Origin: Labilibaculum antarcticum
GTDB lineage: Bacteria > Bacteroidota > Bacteroidia > Bacteroidales > Marinifilaceae
Assembly: GCF_002356295.1 (NCBI RefSeq)
Contig: NZ_AP018042.1
Location: 960,361-1,024,360, forward strand
Reading direction: 5' to 3'
Length of the DNA: 64,000 bases
Part shown: piece by piece, positions 10,453 through 21,605 of the stretch
Position numbering within the stretch: the stretch's first letter is position 1
How the letters are laid out: every line of letters begins with the position of its first letter
Position numbers and translations under genes: made by a program
The notes under the pieces: generated by a model
What the model saw: the letters and a program-made list of their open reading frames with translations, nothing else
What the model was told of the DNA's origin: nothing
Database searches by the model: none

Positions 10453-13400
10453 TTAATCTAAATATTTCTTACTGGATTCGGCTGCAAATTTACCCGGAGT
10501 AACATTGTACTTCTCTTTAAATAATTTGCTAAAGTGAGTTCTGCTCTTAAAACCGGTCATCAAATAAACTTCGTTAACGGACAATTGATTTTGCACCAAA
10601 AATTCGGCAGCTTTTTTCAATCGGTAAACTTTCAATAGTTCAAATGGGGTTTGATCGGTAAGAGCCTTTACTTTTTGATAAAAATGAGTACGATTAAGGT
10701 AGAGTTCCTTAGCAAAACTGTCCAAATCCAATTCCTGATTGTCCAGATTCTTTGCCATTAATTCGTAAAGCTTCTCTAAAAAGACAGCATCATTTCCTTT
10801 GTCTTTATTCTTATCTAAAGTTAAAGGAAAATCAATTTGATATCTCTGACGTAACTGTTTTCTATTCTGCAGTAAAAACTCAGTTCTTGCGACTAAATGC
10901 TGCATATCAAAAGGTTTTTTGATGTATGCATCGGCACCTTCTTTTATTCCTTTTATTTGATCTTCGATTGTGGCGCAAGCTGTTAGTAAAATTACCGGAA
11001 TATGACTGGTTTTGATATCCGATTTAATATGTTTGCATAATTCCAGTCCATTTAACTCAGGCATCAAAATATCACTAATCACAATATCAGGCCACTGTTC
11101 TTCCATTGCCTTTAAACATTCCTGCCCATTTGAAAATGATTCAACCTTAAAGAATTTGGATAAGCTTGCAGAAACAAAACTTCTCATATCATCATTATCC
11201 TCAGCAAGGAAGATGGTAGAATCCGAAAAATCTCCACCAATTTTAATTTCTGAAAGATGGTCGCGATTCGAAATAGAAACAGCCTCATCATGTTCTTTCT
11301 CTATTGCTAAAATTTCTTTTTCCCTGACTTTAATATCATCAGATACATTTTCATCTATTATTGGCAAACGAACAGTTATGGTCGTTCCTTTATTCAGTTC
11401 ACTCTCGGCACTTATAGATCCATAATGCATTTCTACAAGTCTTTTCGTGAAAGCCAATCCAATACCAGAACCACCGGTATATTCGCTGTGTTTAAGCTTC
11501 GACTGATAAAATCGTTCAAAAACAAATGGTAAATCATCCTCCGTTATGCCTCGCCCTGTATCTGTTACTTTAAGAATCAGATTTCTATCCACACAAGTGT
11601 ATTCAACTTGGATAGTATCTCCCTGCTCGGTAAACTTGAATGAATTATTCAAAAGATTATTTAAAATCTTCTCTAATTTATCTTTATCAACAGTAACATA
11701 TACATTGGGACAATCAAAGGTCACTTGTAGTTTTTTATTAGAATTATTCGCCATAAACTCAAAATCAGAAAGCAAGTCACTTAAAAATGATTGGAACCCA
11801 AATGTTGAATAATGAATTTTTAGTTGGTTGGCATCTGATTTTTGAAAATCATGCACCTGATCAACAAGCTTTGAAATCTTTTTTGATTGTCTTTGTACCA
11901 ATTCAAGTTTTTCTTTTACATCAGAATTATTCTTAAAACGTTCCAGTAACAAATCAACTGGTCCTGATATTAAGGTAATCGGCGTTTTTATTTCATGAGA
12001 AATATTCGAAAAAAACCGAAGTTTGGCAAGATTAACCTCTTTTACATTGTCTTTTTCTAATTTCTCAATTTGCAAGTTATGGTTTAAGCTTTGAAATCTT
12101 AATACATAAAACATCACCAAATAAACAATCAATATCAGTAGTAAAACATAAGAGATGTAAGCTGGTGTCGTTTCCCAAAAAGGAGGTGTTATAATTATTT
12201 TTAATCTTCGTGGTTCTGTCCATTGCTTTATGGAATTAGAAACCATTACATTTAACTCATATTCACCAGCTTGCAAACCACTGTAGTAAATATTCCTTTG
12301 ATCAGAACTTACTTCTACCCATTCATTATTAACAGGTAATAGCTGATATTTAATAAAGTGATTATCTGGTGTTGAAAAATGGAGGGATTTTACCTCAATG
12401 GAGAATACATTTTCGTCATAATTCAGCTCAATCTCTTCCAGTTCATTCAATCGCCGATCTAGGAGTATTCTTCCTTCAACAGTATCACCTGGCAACACCA
12501 GATTATTGTACAATTTAAAATCGCCAAATTCCAGCACAGGAAGATCTTCTTTATCAGGCAAATCCTTAGGATTATAATAACAAAAACCATCCAATCCAGA
12601 CTGCATCATCACGCCATTTGGAAGTTTACAGGATGCAAACCAAAAATCTTCGAATGGTAAACCATCTACTAAACTGAACTTTCGAAATCTAAAATCCTTA
12701 GTATCAAACTTATTCAATCCAACATTTGTCGTAATCCACAAGTTATACTCATCATCATATAATATGTTCTTAACTGCATTGTTAGACAATCCATTTTTTT
12801 CTGAAAATGCAATAAATTCCGGTTCCGTATTACTATTTATTACCTTACAGATTCCACCTCCTTCAGTTCCAACCCACAAATCATTATTTGGCAAACGGAT
12901 AACTGAAGTAACAAAATTTCCTGAAATGGATAGTTTGTTGTTTTTATCCTTAACATACTGTTTGATTGTAAGATCCTCTAATCCACCATCTCCTTTGGTT
13001 TGAATTCGAAACAATCCATCAGAATCAGCACCTAACCAAATGAAATTGAAAACCGGATCAACATAAACAAAGCGAATGAGTGAGAGTTTATTCTTCTTAA
13101 AAAATGGATGATCATTTAATAAAATGATATCATCAACTGTACCATCACTCTCTAAACATATTTTATATACATTATCAAATGCTCCAACCCATATATTTCC
13201 TTTTTTATCTTCAGAAAACGATCGGATCACAATTCCCTCATCTATTATTCCATCAATAACTTTCTGAACTGTTTTAGATCCTTTTTTTACCCTAAAAAGC
13301 CCACCTGCATCAGCTTTCCTCATCCAGATATTCTTTTTTGAGTCAACAAATACAGAAGTAATCTGTAGTCTCTCTTCTTCGCTTAAATGAAAAGGAAGAG

Positions 13401-14592
13401 GTTCAAACTTATTTTCAGTTACATTAAAAAGAGCAATACCTCCGCGAGTCGCAATAACAAAAACCCGATGATCATCTAATACAGAAAAATGGGTTACCAG
13501 ATTTGATGACAAACCAAATTTATAGTTCATCTCGGTATTGAATTTTCCAAAAGGATTGATATCCAAATCAAACTGAAACAGACCTTCATTAAAGGTCCCG
13601 AACCAGCACCCACTGTTAGTGTTTGGAGCAAAACAACTTGATCGTAAGGTTGATTTACCAGCATTGAAACGCGAGATCTTGTATTCTTTATTATCCTGCA
13701 GTAAGTCAAGATCATCAAGATAAATTATACCATCACTTAAGGTACCTAACCAAAGATTACCTGACTTATCGATTGATGCTGTCTTGAATTGTTCTGATTT
13801 TAAATAAACGCCTTTAAATTCAAAACTAAACCCCTCATTACCTTTGCGATAATCGACCAAAGCAAAACCATCATCCAAGGTAAATAAAACTGTATTTAAG
13901 TCGATTTTTGTAATTGAGTAGTTAAATGTCAATTCATTCTCGAGAACTGGAGACATTTCCTTTGTTTCCAAATTGAGATGCATTGGACCATTTGATGTTG
14001 CGAATAAGTAATTCGATTTATCAAGTTCAGTCCCATCATAAAATTCAACATTAACGTCAGAATCATTATATGGTGGTAAATATTGTTGAGCGAATGAAGT
14101 ATCATCATTAAAAATAAGAACTCCATCTCCTTCAGTTGCACAAACGACAATCCCATTTTCTTTATTAATCAGAATGTCTCGAACTATTGGACCACGAACT
14201 CCTTTGTTAAAAAGTTTGTTAGTGAAAATATTTTTAAATTGTTCTTGGGAATAGTTATAAATAGTAATTCCTTCATCGGTTCCAATCCACAAATTCCCTT
14301 TACTATCTTCGGCAATCGACCTCACTCGATTACTGGCTAACAAATCCTGATCCAGGGTATTCTTAAATATTTCTAATTCATATCCATCATATCTATTAAG
14401 GCCTTCGTAAGTTCCAAACCACAAATAGCCTCGGGAATCTTCCAAAATGCAGGTTACTCCATTGTGTGCTAACCCCTCTGAAATAGTAAGTTGTTGAGAA
14501 CTTTCCAGTTTTTTAACTAAGCCAAACGACTCAGTCAAAGTAAAAATTAGTAATATTATAAGGACACAGATCTTATTGGACATTCTCTTCAA
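10453..14592 (-). CDS. Hybrid two-component system sensor histidine kinase/response regulator with C-terminal AraC-type HTH (HTCS)
   Basis: 1379 aa. N-terminal two-component-regulator propeller repeats, a TM helix, H-box HEIKTPITLISG, HATPase (DTGRGI...GGSGIGL), a REC domain (FLAEDNDD...ISDILMPELNG) and an AraC HTH (TGFKSRTHFSKLFKEKYNVTPGKF). Confidence 0.9.
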   Translation of the reverse strand: MKRMSNKICVLIILLIFTLTESFGLVKKLESSQQLTISEGLAHNGVTCILEDSRGYLWFGTYEGLNRYDGYELEIFKNTLDQDLLASNRVRSIAEDSKGNLWIGTDEGITIYNYSQEQFKNIFTNKLFNKGVRGPIVRDILINKENGIVVCATEGDGVLIFNDDTSFAQQYLPPYNDSDVNVEFYDGTELDKSNYLFATSNGPMHLNLETKEMSPVLENELTFNYSITKIDLNTVLFTLDDGFALVDYRKGNEGFSFEFKGVYLKSEQFKTASIDKSGNLWLGTLSDGIIYLDDLDLLQDNKEYKISRFNAGKSTLRSSCFAPNTNSGCWFGTFNEGLFQFDLDINPFGKFNTEMNYKFGLSSNLVTHFSVLDDHRVFVIATRGGIALFNVTENKFEPLPFHLSEEERLQITSVFVDSKKNIWMRKADAGGLFRVKKGSKTVQKVIDGIIDEGIVIRSFSEDKKGNIWVGAFDNVYKICLESDGTVDDIILLNDHPFFKKNKLSLIRFVYVDPVFNFIWLGADSDGLFRIQTKGDGGLEDLTIKQYVKDKNNKLSISGNFVTSVIRLPNNDLWVGTEGGGICKVINSNTEPEFIAFSEKNGLSNNAVKNILYDDEYNLWITTNVGLNKFDTKDFRFRKFSLVDGLPFEDFWFASCKLPNGVMMQSGLDGFCYYNPKDLPDKEDLPVLEFGDFKLYNNLVLPGDTVEGRILLDRRLNELEEIELNYDENVFSIEVKSLHFSTPDNHFIKYQLLPVNNEWVEVSSDQRNIYYSGLQAGEYELNVMVSNSIKQWTEPRRLKIIITPPFWETTPAYISYVLLLILIVYLVMFYVLRFQSLNHNLQIEKLEKDNVKEVNLAKLRFFSNISHEIKTPITLISGPVDLLLERFKNNSDVKEKLELVQRQSKKISKLVDQVHDFQKSDANQLKIHYSTFGFQSFLSDLLSDFEFMANNSNKKLQVTFDCPNVYVTVDKDKLEKILNNLLNNSFKFTEQGDTIQVEYTCVDRNLILKVTDTGRGITEDDLPFVFERFYQSKLKHSEYTGGSGIGLAFTKRLVEMHYGSISAESELNKGTTITVRLPIIDENVSDDIKVREKEILAIEKEHDEAVSISNRDHLSEIKIGGDFSDSTIFLAEDNDDMRSFVSASLSKFFKVESFSNGQECLKAMEEQWPDIVISDILMPELNGLELCKHIKSDIKTSHIPVILLTACATIEDQIKGIKEGADAYIKKPFDMQHLVARTEFLLQNRKQLRQRYQIDFPLTLDKNKDKGNDAVFLEKLYELMAKNLDNQELDLDSFAKELYLNRTHFYQKVKALTDQTPFELLKVYRLKKAAEFLVQNQLSVNEVYLMTGFKSRTHFSKLFKEKYNVTPGKFAAESSKKYLD

Positions 14593-14729
14593 CTTAAAAT
14601 AACACTGTAAATAATATTTAAAGGACTAAAATAATCAATCCTTGATGAAAACACAGCTCAAAAAATAAAAAATCATTTTTCAGATAAAAACTATCAGTAA
14701 TAACAATTTAAAATAAAAACAAATTAGAA

Positions 14730-15191
14730 ATGAAAGGCATTCAAGATTACTACCCCGACCATTTTGCGCAATGTTACGGTTGCGGCAGGTTAAATGAACA
14801 TGGACATCAGATTAAAACATTTTGGGATGGTGAAGGAACTCTTACCCGCTTTGTGCCAAAAGAATATCACACAGCGATTCCCGGATTTGTATATGGCGGC
14901 TTACTGGCCTCGCTGATCGATTGTCATGGAACCGGATCTGCAGCATTGGCTCTGGCAAAAGATCAAGGCATTGAACTATCCGATACAAATGCACCAAGAT
15001 GTGTTACCGCCTCGTTACAGGTGAAATATCTAAAACCAACACCCATTGGTGGAGAATTAGAAATAAAAGGGAAAATTAAAGAAATTGGCAAACGAAAAGT
15101 AATTGTAGAAGCCGAACTATATGCAAATGGAGTGCTTTGCGTGGTTGGTGAAGTTATTTCGGTTTTAGTTCCTGATAATTTTGGGCTGTAA
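14730..15191 (+). CDS. PaaI-family hotdog-fold thioesterase
   Basis: 153 aa. VYGGLLASLIDCHGTGSAAL is the hotdog thioesterase core. An N-terminal CYGCG zinc-ribbon-like stretch is present. Confidence 0.65.
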   Translation: MKGIQDYYPDHFAQCYGCGRLNEHGHQIKTFWDGEGTLTRFVPKEYHTAIPGFVYGGLLASLIDCHGTGSAALALAKDQGIELSDTNAPRCVTASLQVKYLKPTPIGGELEIKGKIKEIGKRKVIVEAELYANGVLCVVGEVISVLVPDNFGL

Positions 15192-15236
15192 AAAAATAGG
15201 CCATCAGAAAAATCCTGATGGCCAAATATTTTCACT
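15191..15236. terminator. Bidirectional intrinsic terminator between convergent genes
   Basis: A-tract, then stem GGCCATCAG/CTGATGGCC with a 7-nt loop, then a T-rich tail. Confidence 0.6.
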
Positions 15237-15248
15237 CGCTCAATTCTC

Positions 15249-16532
15249 TTATTTTAAGATTCCTCCGGTAATTCGTACCAAGGCTGTTCTCGATTGAATC
15301 AGATTAAAAATAGCATTTACGCGTGCCAGTGCTACATTCTGATAAGTTATTTGAATATCACGGTAATTGAAGGAATTGATACTACCCGATTCAAATTTAT
15401 CCTTTGAAATAGTGAGGTTAAGCTCTGCTGCAGCCAGATTCTCTTCGGCAAGATCATACAGCTCTCTTCGCACCTCGTACAACTCAAATTGCTGAGCCAA
15501 TATATTGGTTAAGGTATGTTTTACATCTTCAGTTTCTACCTGTCCAATCTCTTCCTGAATTTTCGCGATTTGCATGGCTCTTCGGTTCGAATTTCCATTA
15601 AAAATCAAGAAACTCAAACTCACATTGGCATAAAAGTTATGCGAATCAGTAGTTGAAGATGGCAAACCATCAAGTTTCAAACGAGTCGAATTTTCCTGCA
15701 CACCAGCACCTAATGAAACTTGAGGATAAAAATTACTACGTGCCATATCAACATCTCGTTTCAACAACATTTCCTGAATGTATCTGTTTTTAAGCGTATT
15801 GTTATCAGAAAGCATTTTATCCATCAATGTTCCCATCTGGAATTCTTCGCTTACCGGTAAAAACTCATCCGCAAAAGTATAAGTTTCACTTTCTTTAACC
15901 CCCAACAGAAAATTCAAATCCCGAACCGCATTGTTGAAATTTACTTTCTGAATCAGAAAAGAAGAACGATCCTGCAACCACGCATTTTGAGCCTGTAAAA
16001 CATCAAAAGTAACCGAACTGCCCAGCTCTTTTCCAACTTTTACTTTCTCGTATCTATCGGAAGATAACTGCATGATTTTTTGATTCACCTCCATGCGCTC
16101 TTTCTCCAGCAATACCTTGTAGTAGGAAAGAATGATTAGTTCAATTTTGTTTTCGACAGCAATTACAGTGTTTCCTTTTGATAATTGCGCCAGATCATCG
16201 AACTTATCTTTTCGGATCTGCACGGCAAAACCATCAAATAAGGTCCAGTTTACATCCAATGAAGGAATCAAACTATTTCGACTAAAATCCTGCGTCTCAT
16301 TGTAATCGATTATATTTCGAGAGGCAAGATTAAATGCCACACTCGGATACCTACCGGCATTTCCCCATGAATTATTCAAGTCAGAAACCTCTTCTGATTT
16401 TCTGAAGATTTTTAATTGGTAATTGTTCTCCAATCCCACCTCAATGGCTTTGGACAAACTTAATTCTTCCTGTGCCTGCCCAAATTGACAGCACAAGATG
16501 AAGACTATGAATAATGATACTTTTCTGATCAT
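15249..16532 (-). CDS. TolC-family outer membrane efflux protein (third gene of the RND operon)
   Basis: 427 aa with a signal peptide and two-repeat coiled-coil/beta-barrel composition. Lies downstream of the RND pump gene. Confidence 0.8.
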   Translation of the reverse strand: MIRKVSLFIVFILCCQFGQAQEELSLSKAIEVGLENNYQLKIFRKSEEVSDLNNSWGNAGRYPSVAFNLASRNIIDYNETQDFSRNSLIPSLDVNWTLFDGFAVQIRKDKFDDLAQLSKGNTVIAVENKIELIILSYYKVLLEKERMEVNQKIMQLSSDRYEKVKVGKELGSSVTFDVLQAQNAWLQDRSSFLIQKVNFNNAVRDLNFLLGVKESETYTFADEFLPVSEEFQMGTLMDKMLSDNNTLKNRYIQEMLLKRDVDMARSNFYPQVSLGAGVQENSTRLKLDGLPSSTTDSHNFYANVSLSFLIFNGNSNRRAMQIAKIQEEIGQVETEDVKHTLTNILAQQFELYEVRRELYDLAEENLAAAELNLTISKDKFESGSINSFNYRDIQITYQNVALARVNAIFNLIQSRTALVRITGGILK

Positions 16533-16605
16533 TTGTTTTGCTCTTTATTTGATTCCCGATCCCTGACAAAAGTTAGGGGTGATTACTACAGAAAAATTGA
16601 TGTTT

Positions 16606-19600
16606 TTAATCCAAACTTACTTTTGATTCCTTAACCTTAGGCTCAACATCGCGAGCCAAAATTTCTTCACCTTCCCAGATGCTCTTCGATATTCGTCTTA
16701 TATCATTCAAGATTAAAATTAATACAGGGAAGAATAAGAGAAGAAACAAGGTTCCAACCAATACACCGTATGCCAAGGCAATAGCCATCGGAATTAGGAA
16801 TTGAGCTTGAAAGGAATTTTCTAAAATCAATGGATACAAACCTACAGAGGTTGTTATTGTTGTTAAAATAATGGCTCTAAATCTTGCTTTCCCTGCTGCC
16901 TTCACCGCAGGTTCAGGTTCCATTCCCTCTTGAATTAATGAATTGTACTTGGACAGAAATACCACAGCATCGTTTATAATTACTCCCGAAAGAGCAACCA
17001 TTCCCCAAACACTTAACATGGATACCGGAAATCCTTCAAGCCCGTGTCCCCAAGCCGATCCAAGCCAGCCCAATGGAATCATCATCAATACAATTATTCC
17101 TTGTGTAAAGCTTCGGAAATGAATCATCACAATAAAAATAATTAACATGAAAGCGATGCTAAAATAGATCTTTAGCTCTGCAATATCTTCGGCTGATCTT
17201 TTTGCCTGGCCTTGAAATTCAGGACGAACACTTGGAAATCTGGCTTCCAAATCTGGTAATATTGTAGTCTCGATATACTCCAAAATTGGAGGAACAGGTT
17301 CACTTGGATCAATGATTTCCGCATCAACACGAATTTCTCGTGATCCATTGTAACGCTGTATACTAACAGGGCCACGTAAAATCTCGTAATCGATTAATTC
17401 AGACAGTGGAAATTCACCTTTTGGCGTACGAATTCTCATGTCTTCCATTTGCCCGATAAAAACACGGTCACTTTTCGGATATCGAACCCAAACCTTAATC
17501 TCATCTTTTCCTTCCTGCAAACGTTGAGCTTGTCCTCCGAAAAAGCCTTGACGAATTTGAGATGTGATAGACATTAAATTCATCCCCAGATAAAATGCTT
17601 TGGGTTTTAATTTCAATCTTACCTCGCGACTTCCCAAGGGGTTGTTATCGTTAATATTATATAAAGAGGACATTTTTCGTAACTCTCCTTGAAAATAATC
17701 ATTGGCCTGATTGAGTTCGTCCAAATCATTTCCCAGTAAACTAACCGAAACCGGAGCTCCCCAACGGTTATTGGCTCCAATCGTAAATTTCTCAAGGTCG
17801 GAAACATCTCCTAATTTATCTTTTACCCGGCCCGAAATATCGAAACTTGAAACCGGTGCTCCTTCCATATCCCGAAGAGTTACAGATAGATTTCCCGCAT
17901 GAGGACCAACTTCCTGTCCGCCAAATGCATTCCCCGATGAAAGGCTTGTGTACTTAATAAAATTGGCAGTATCCTGAAATTCTTCCATCAGTTCATCATT
18001 CACCTCCCAAACTGCATTTTCAAATTTCTTTAATCTGGCAATTGTGATATCCTTGTTGCTTCCTGGTTTGTAAGCAATGTTCATCGAGAAAGTATCGAAG
18101 GCTACATTGGGGAAAAACGTACTTTGAATAAATCCGCCTTTAAACAAACCCATCGTAACTAATAAAAGAGCCACAGGAATAAAAAGAACATACCATCTCC
18201 AACGAACTACTCGATCTAAAGTTCCCGCATAAACACGATCCCTAACATATCCTATTCCTTTTTCAATTTTCCCCCTGAAACGGTTAAAAAAATTATCTTT
18301 TCTATTTCGCTGTAATACTTTTTCGTTCCCAACATGACTTGGTAATACAAAAAGACTTTCGAAAAGAGACATGCTTAAACATGCCACTACAACAAAGGCC
18401 ATTTCGTATAAAAACTCCATATTTCCTGTAACAAGCAAAAGTGGCGAGAAAGCGACCATTGTTGTAGTTACCGAAGTCAAAACAGCAGGAACAACTTCCA
18501 TCGTACCATCAATAGCTGCTCTTCGTGGGCTTTTTCCTTTTTCGAAATGAGAATAAATATTCTCGCCTATCACAATCCCATCATCCACCAGAATACCAAT
18601 AATTAAGATCATCCCGAAAAGAGAAATCATATTAATAGTAACTCCCATTAGGTTCGCAATAATAAACATCCCCAAAAAGGAAGCAGGTATTCCCCAGGCA
18701 ACCCAGAGAGATAATCGAAAGCTGAGAAAAAGTGCTAATGAAATAACAACCAATAACAATCCATAACCTCCATTTTTATAGAGTAAGCTTAATCTTGATT
18801 GTAAGAGATTAACAAAATCGAAACCTATTTCTAAAGTGGCATCAGTGTATTTTTCATTAAACTCTTTAGCATATTTATTACAGTATTCCGATATTTCTTC
18901 CAGATCCTCATCATTCAGCTTGTTCACCATAATGGAGATAGCCGGATTTCTATTGACAAATGTTGCATTTGGTACATCCTGAAACTGAAAATAAATATTC
19001 GCTACATCACGAATTTGAATGTAGCTTCCGTCAGGATTGGCTTTCAAAATAATTTCCCCAATTTCCTCGGGATTGACAGAACGGTTGCGTGATCGAATTA
19101 AAATCTCCTCAACCTCATTCTTAATTGCGCCTCCCGAAATATCAATATTATTATTGGCTATCGCCATTGATATCTCACTAAAAGTAAGATTGTAACGCCT
19201 TAAATCATCCTCTTTTACCTCTACCGATAATTCCAAATTTGGAAAACCGGAAAGAGAAATTTGTGACATAACCTTTGAGCGCATTAAATCGTCATAGATG
19301 ATATCGGCATATTTTTTCAGACTTATTAAATCGGTATCACCGGTAACCGACAGACGAACTGCTGGTGTTGTAGACCTTCGCTTGGCAATAACCGCTTTTT
19401 CGGCTCCAGAAGGAAAACTAGGTATCCCATCAACCGCATTCTTTACATCGGCTAATGTTTCATCCAAGTCATAATCTCCTGTAGTGGTAATTGTCAATCT
19501 GGCAAAGCCTTCCGACGAAACAGAATTCATTTCCTTAATTCCAACAATTCCTCTCACAGCATCCTCTATTCGTGAGGTTATGCCTTCTTCAACCTCCTTT

Positions 19601-19770
19601 GGTGAAGCTCCTGGAAATACCATGGAAACAGTAATTATTTTAGATTCTGTCTCAGGGAAAAATGATTTCTTCATAAATCCTAAGGAGGTAAATCCGGCAA
19701 TAAGCACCACAGCAATAATCATTTTTCCGTAAAACGGATATCTTACAAATTGTGATATTATATTTCTCAT
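16606..19770 (-). CDS. RND efflux transporter permease (AcrB/HAE1 family)
   Basis: 1054 aa with a 12-TM topology, two large periplasmic loops and conserved RND blocks. Confidence 0.9.
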   Translation of the reverse strand: MRNIISQFVRYPFYGKMIIAVVLIAGFTSLGFMKKSFFPETESKIITVSMVFPGASPKEVEEGITSRIEDAVRGIVGIKEMNSVSSEGFARLTITTTGDYDLDETLADVKNAVDGIPSFPSGAEKAVIAKRRSTTPAVRLSVTGDTDLISLKKYADIIYDDLMRSKVMSQISLSGFPNLELSVEVKEDDLRRYNLTFSEISMAIANNNIDISGGAIKNEVEEILIRSRNRSVNPEEIGEIILKANPDGSYIQIRDVANIYFQFQDVPNATFVNRNPAISIMVNKLNDEDLEEISEYCNKYAKEFNEKYTDATLEIGFDFVNLLQSRLSLLYKNGGYGLLLVVISLALFLSFRLSLWVAWGIPASFLGMFIIANLMGVTINMISLFGMILIIGILVDDGIVIGENIYSHFEKGKSPRRAAIDGTMEVVPAVLTSVTTTMVAFSPLLLVTGNMEFLYEMAFVVVACLSMSLFESLFVLPSHVGNEKVLQRNRKDNFFNRFRGKIEKGIGYVRDRVYAGTLDRVVRWRWYVLFIPVALLLVTMGLFKGGFIQSTFFPNVAFDTFSMNIAYKPGSNKDITIARLKKFENAVWEVNDELMEEFQDTANFIKYTSLSSGNAFGGQEVGPHAGNLSVTLRDMEGAPVSSFDISGRVKDKLGDVSDLEKFTIGANNRWGAPVSVSLLGNDLDELNQANDYFQGELRKMSSLYNINDNNPLGSREVRLKLKPKAFYLGMNLMSITSQIRQGFFGGQAQRLQEGKDEIKVWVRYPKSDRVFIGQMEDMRIRTPKGEFPLSELIDYEILRGPVSIQRYNGSREIRVDAEIIDPSEPVPPILEYIETTILPDLEARFPSVRPEFQGQAKRSAEDIAELKIYFSIAFMLIIFIVMIHFRSFTQGIIVLMMIPLGWLGSAWGHGLEGFPVSMLSVWGMVALSGVIINDAVVFLSKYNSLIQEGMEPEPAVKAAGKARFRAIILTTITTSVGLYPLILENSFQAQFLIPMAIALAYGVLVGTLFLLLFFPVLILILNDIRRISKSIWEGEEILARDVEPKVKESKVSLD

Positions 19771-19776
19771 TTTACG

Positions 19777-20898
19777 CTATTTCTTGATTTGTACCTGCAT
19801 GTTTTCTGTAGCCTTTACAGGAGGTTCTACAACTAATAATTCACCCTCCTTCAATCCGTTAAAAACCAAAGTATTCTCATTGCGCTTCACAACATTAATT
19901 ACTTTTTCTTTTAGGATATCTCCTTCAACAACAAATACTTTATTTGAACTAAAAACAGCATTTCTAGGGATTTCCATGACATTAGCAATCATTTTACCGT
20001 TAAATCGAGCAGTTAAAAACTGTCCTTGAAACAATTCCTTTTCAGTTGTGTTCTCCAACTTTACAAAAACAGAAATAGATTGTGTTCCCTGATCAACAAA
20101 ATCAGACTTACGTACTAACTTCCCGGTTAATATTACGTCTCCACGCGAATCTAAAATATCTACCTTCTCGTTCAAATGCAACCAGGAAATTTCATTCGAC
20201 TCAATAGGAACTTGTAGTTCTAAATTATTTGATTCGATGATACCTGCCAGTTTCGATCCCATGCCTGCAACCGATCCAATTTGCGCATTTACCTCTACAT
20301 AAGAACCATTGAATGGTGCGTATATTTTTCTTTTGTTCAATTTAACCTCTTCACTCTTAATGGCATAATAGTCGCCTAAAACATTTCTGCTCGCCATAAA
20401 AACTTTTTCCTGATCTGACTTAAGCTTTGGCAGTTCCGGAATACTTTCCTCTAAATTAATGGCATTAAAAAATGCCATCCACACGTCAAAATTATCAGCA
20501 TAGTCTACTTTTATATCTGGCAAATTTTCAGCTAGTTTATTCAAGAAACGACTCTTTTGAGCCCGTAAATCCATTTTTGCATCTTCTTCATAAATACGAA
20601 TCAACAACTGCCCTTTTTTAAACTTCTGTCCCACCTTTAGGGGAACTCCAGTGTCAACGATACGGCCTGCTACTTCAGAACTTAAATTCACTTCTAAATT
20701 AGAAGCCAATCTCCCCTTTTCAACAATAGGAGAAGAAAGATTATCATAATCCACAACTTTCACCTTAACAACAGGCAGCTTAATTTTGTCCAAATTCTTT
20801 TTAGGAGCTTTTTTTAAGCTGCTTAAGCCTTCCATGGCTAAAAAACCTACTGCCAATGTTGCTAGAACCAGCAAAACAATAATTACTTTTCTCTTCAT
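19777..20898 (-). CDS. RND efflux periplasmic adaptor (membrane fusion protein, HlyD family)
   Basis: 373 aa with an N-terminal TM anchor and lipoyl/beta-barrel adaptor composition. It is 6 nt upstream of the RND permease gene. Confidence 0.8.
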   Translation of the reverse strand: MKRKVIIVLLVLATLAVGFLAMEGLSSLKKAPKKNLDKIKLPVVKVKVVDYDNLSSPIVEKGRLASNLEVNLSSEVAGRIVDTGVPLKVGQKFKKGQLLIRIYEEDAKMDLRAQKSRFLNKLAENLPDIKVDYADNFDVWMAFFNAINLEESIPELPKLKSDQEKVFMASRNVLGDYYAIKSEEVKLNKRKIYAPFNGSYVEVNAQIGSVAGMGSKLAGIIESNNLELQVPIESNEISWLHLNEKVDILDSRGDVILTGKLVRKSDFVDQGTQSISVFVKLENTTEKELFQGQFLTARFNGKMIANVMEIPRNAVFSSNKVFVVEGDILKEKVINVVKRNENTLVFNGLKEGELLVVEPPVKATENMQVQIKK

Positions 20899-21128
20899 CG
20901 ATATTTTAGTTAGTGGTATTTTATTTTTTAGGGATGATTTTAATACTCAGAAATCGTACTATTCAAATATAATCATCTTTAATAGTTTTATGAACGATAA
21001 TTATTTTTTAACAAAAAATTCACAATTCCCTGATTCAAAATAATAAGTAAAACACATTTGTATTTTTATGCTTTTTTTCAAAATAGTAGGACTTACAAAA
21101 GGCGGTTTCAAAAATAATTCCGACTTTT

Positions 21129-21428
21129 GTGCACTTAATTTATTTGAACACTAAAATGGAACAAGAGAAATACAGTAAACTTAGATATCAACTAATGGAG
21201 TCAAGCACATGGCCTTCATTGTACATGTTTAAATTTATCATTCCCAATTCTGATGAAAAAGTGAATGCTATAAAGAACCTATTTCCGCCAAAGACTAAAT
21301 TTGCTTTTAAAACTTCAAAAGATCTTAAATTCATTGGAATAACGGTAAAAAAAACAATGGAATCGGCTGATGCTGTAATCGATATCTACATCGGTGCCCA
21401 AGACATTGAAGGAATAGTGATTCTTTAA
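21129..21428 (+). CDS. DUF493/YbeD-like small protein
   Basis: 99 aa. The pattern FKFIIP...FIGITVKKT...IYIGAQDIEGIVIL resembles the YbeD (UPF0250) fold signature. Confidence 0.45.
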   Translation: MHLIYLNTKMEQEKYSKLRYQLMESSTWPSLYMFKFIIPNSDEKVNAIKNLFPPKTKFAFKTSKDLKFIGITVKKTMESADAVIDIYIGAQDIEGIVIL

Positions 21429-21605
21429 TTAAAAGCCTTTTATTAAATCTAAATTAAATATTGACATTGCCAGGATTCAATAAGCCCACACATTCCTGAT
21501 TAACATTTAGTTAAAAAAACAATTTAAATATTCTACATCTGAAATGAAAAATGAATAAATTGTTCTACTTTCGAATAAATGATTAAAAAACTAATAACTT
21601 ATTAA

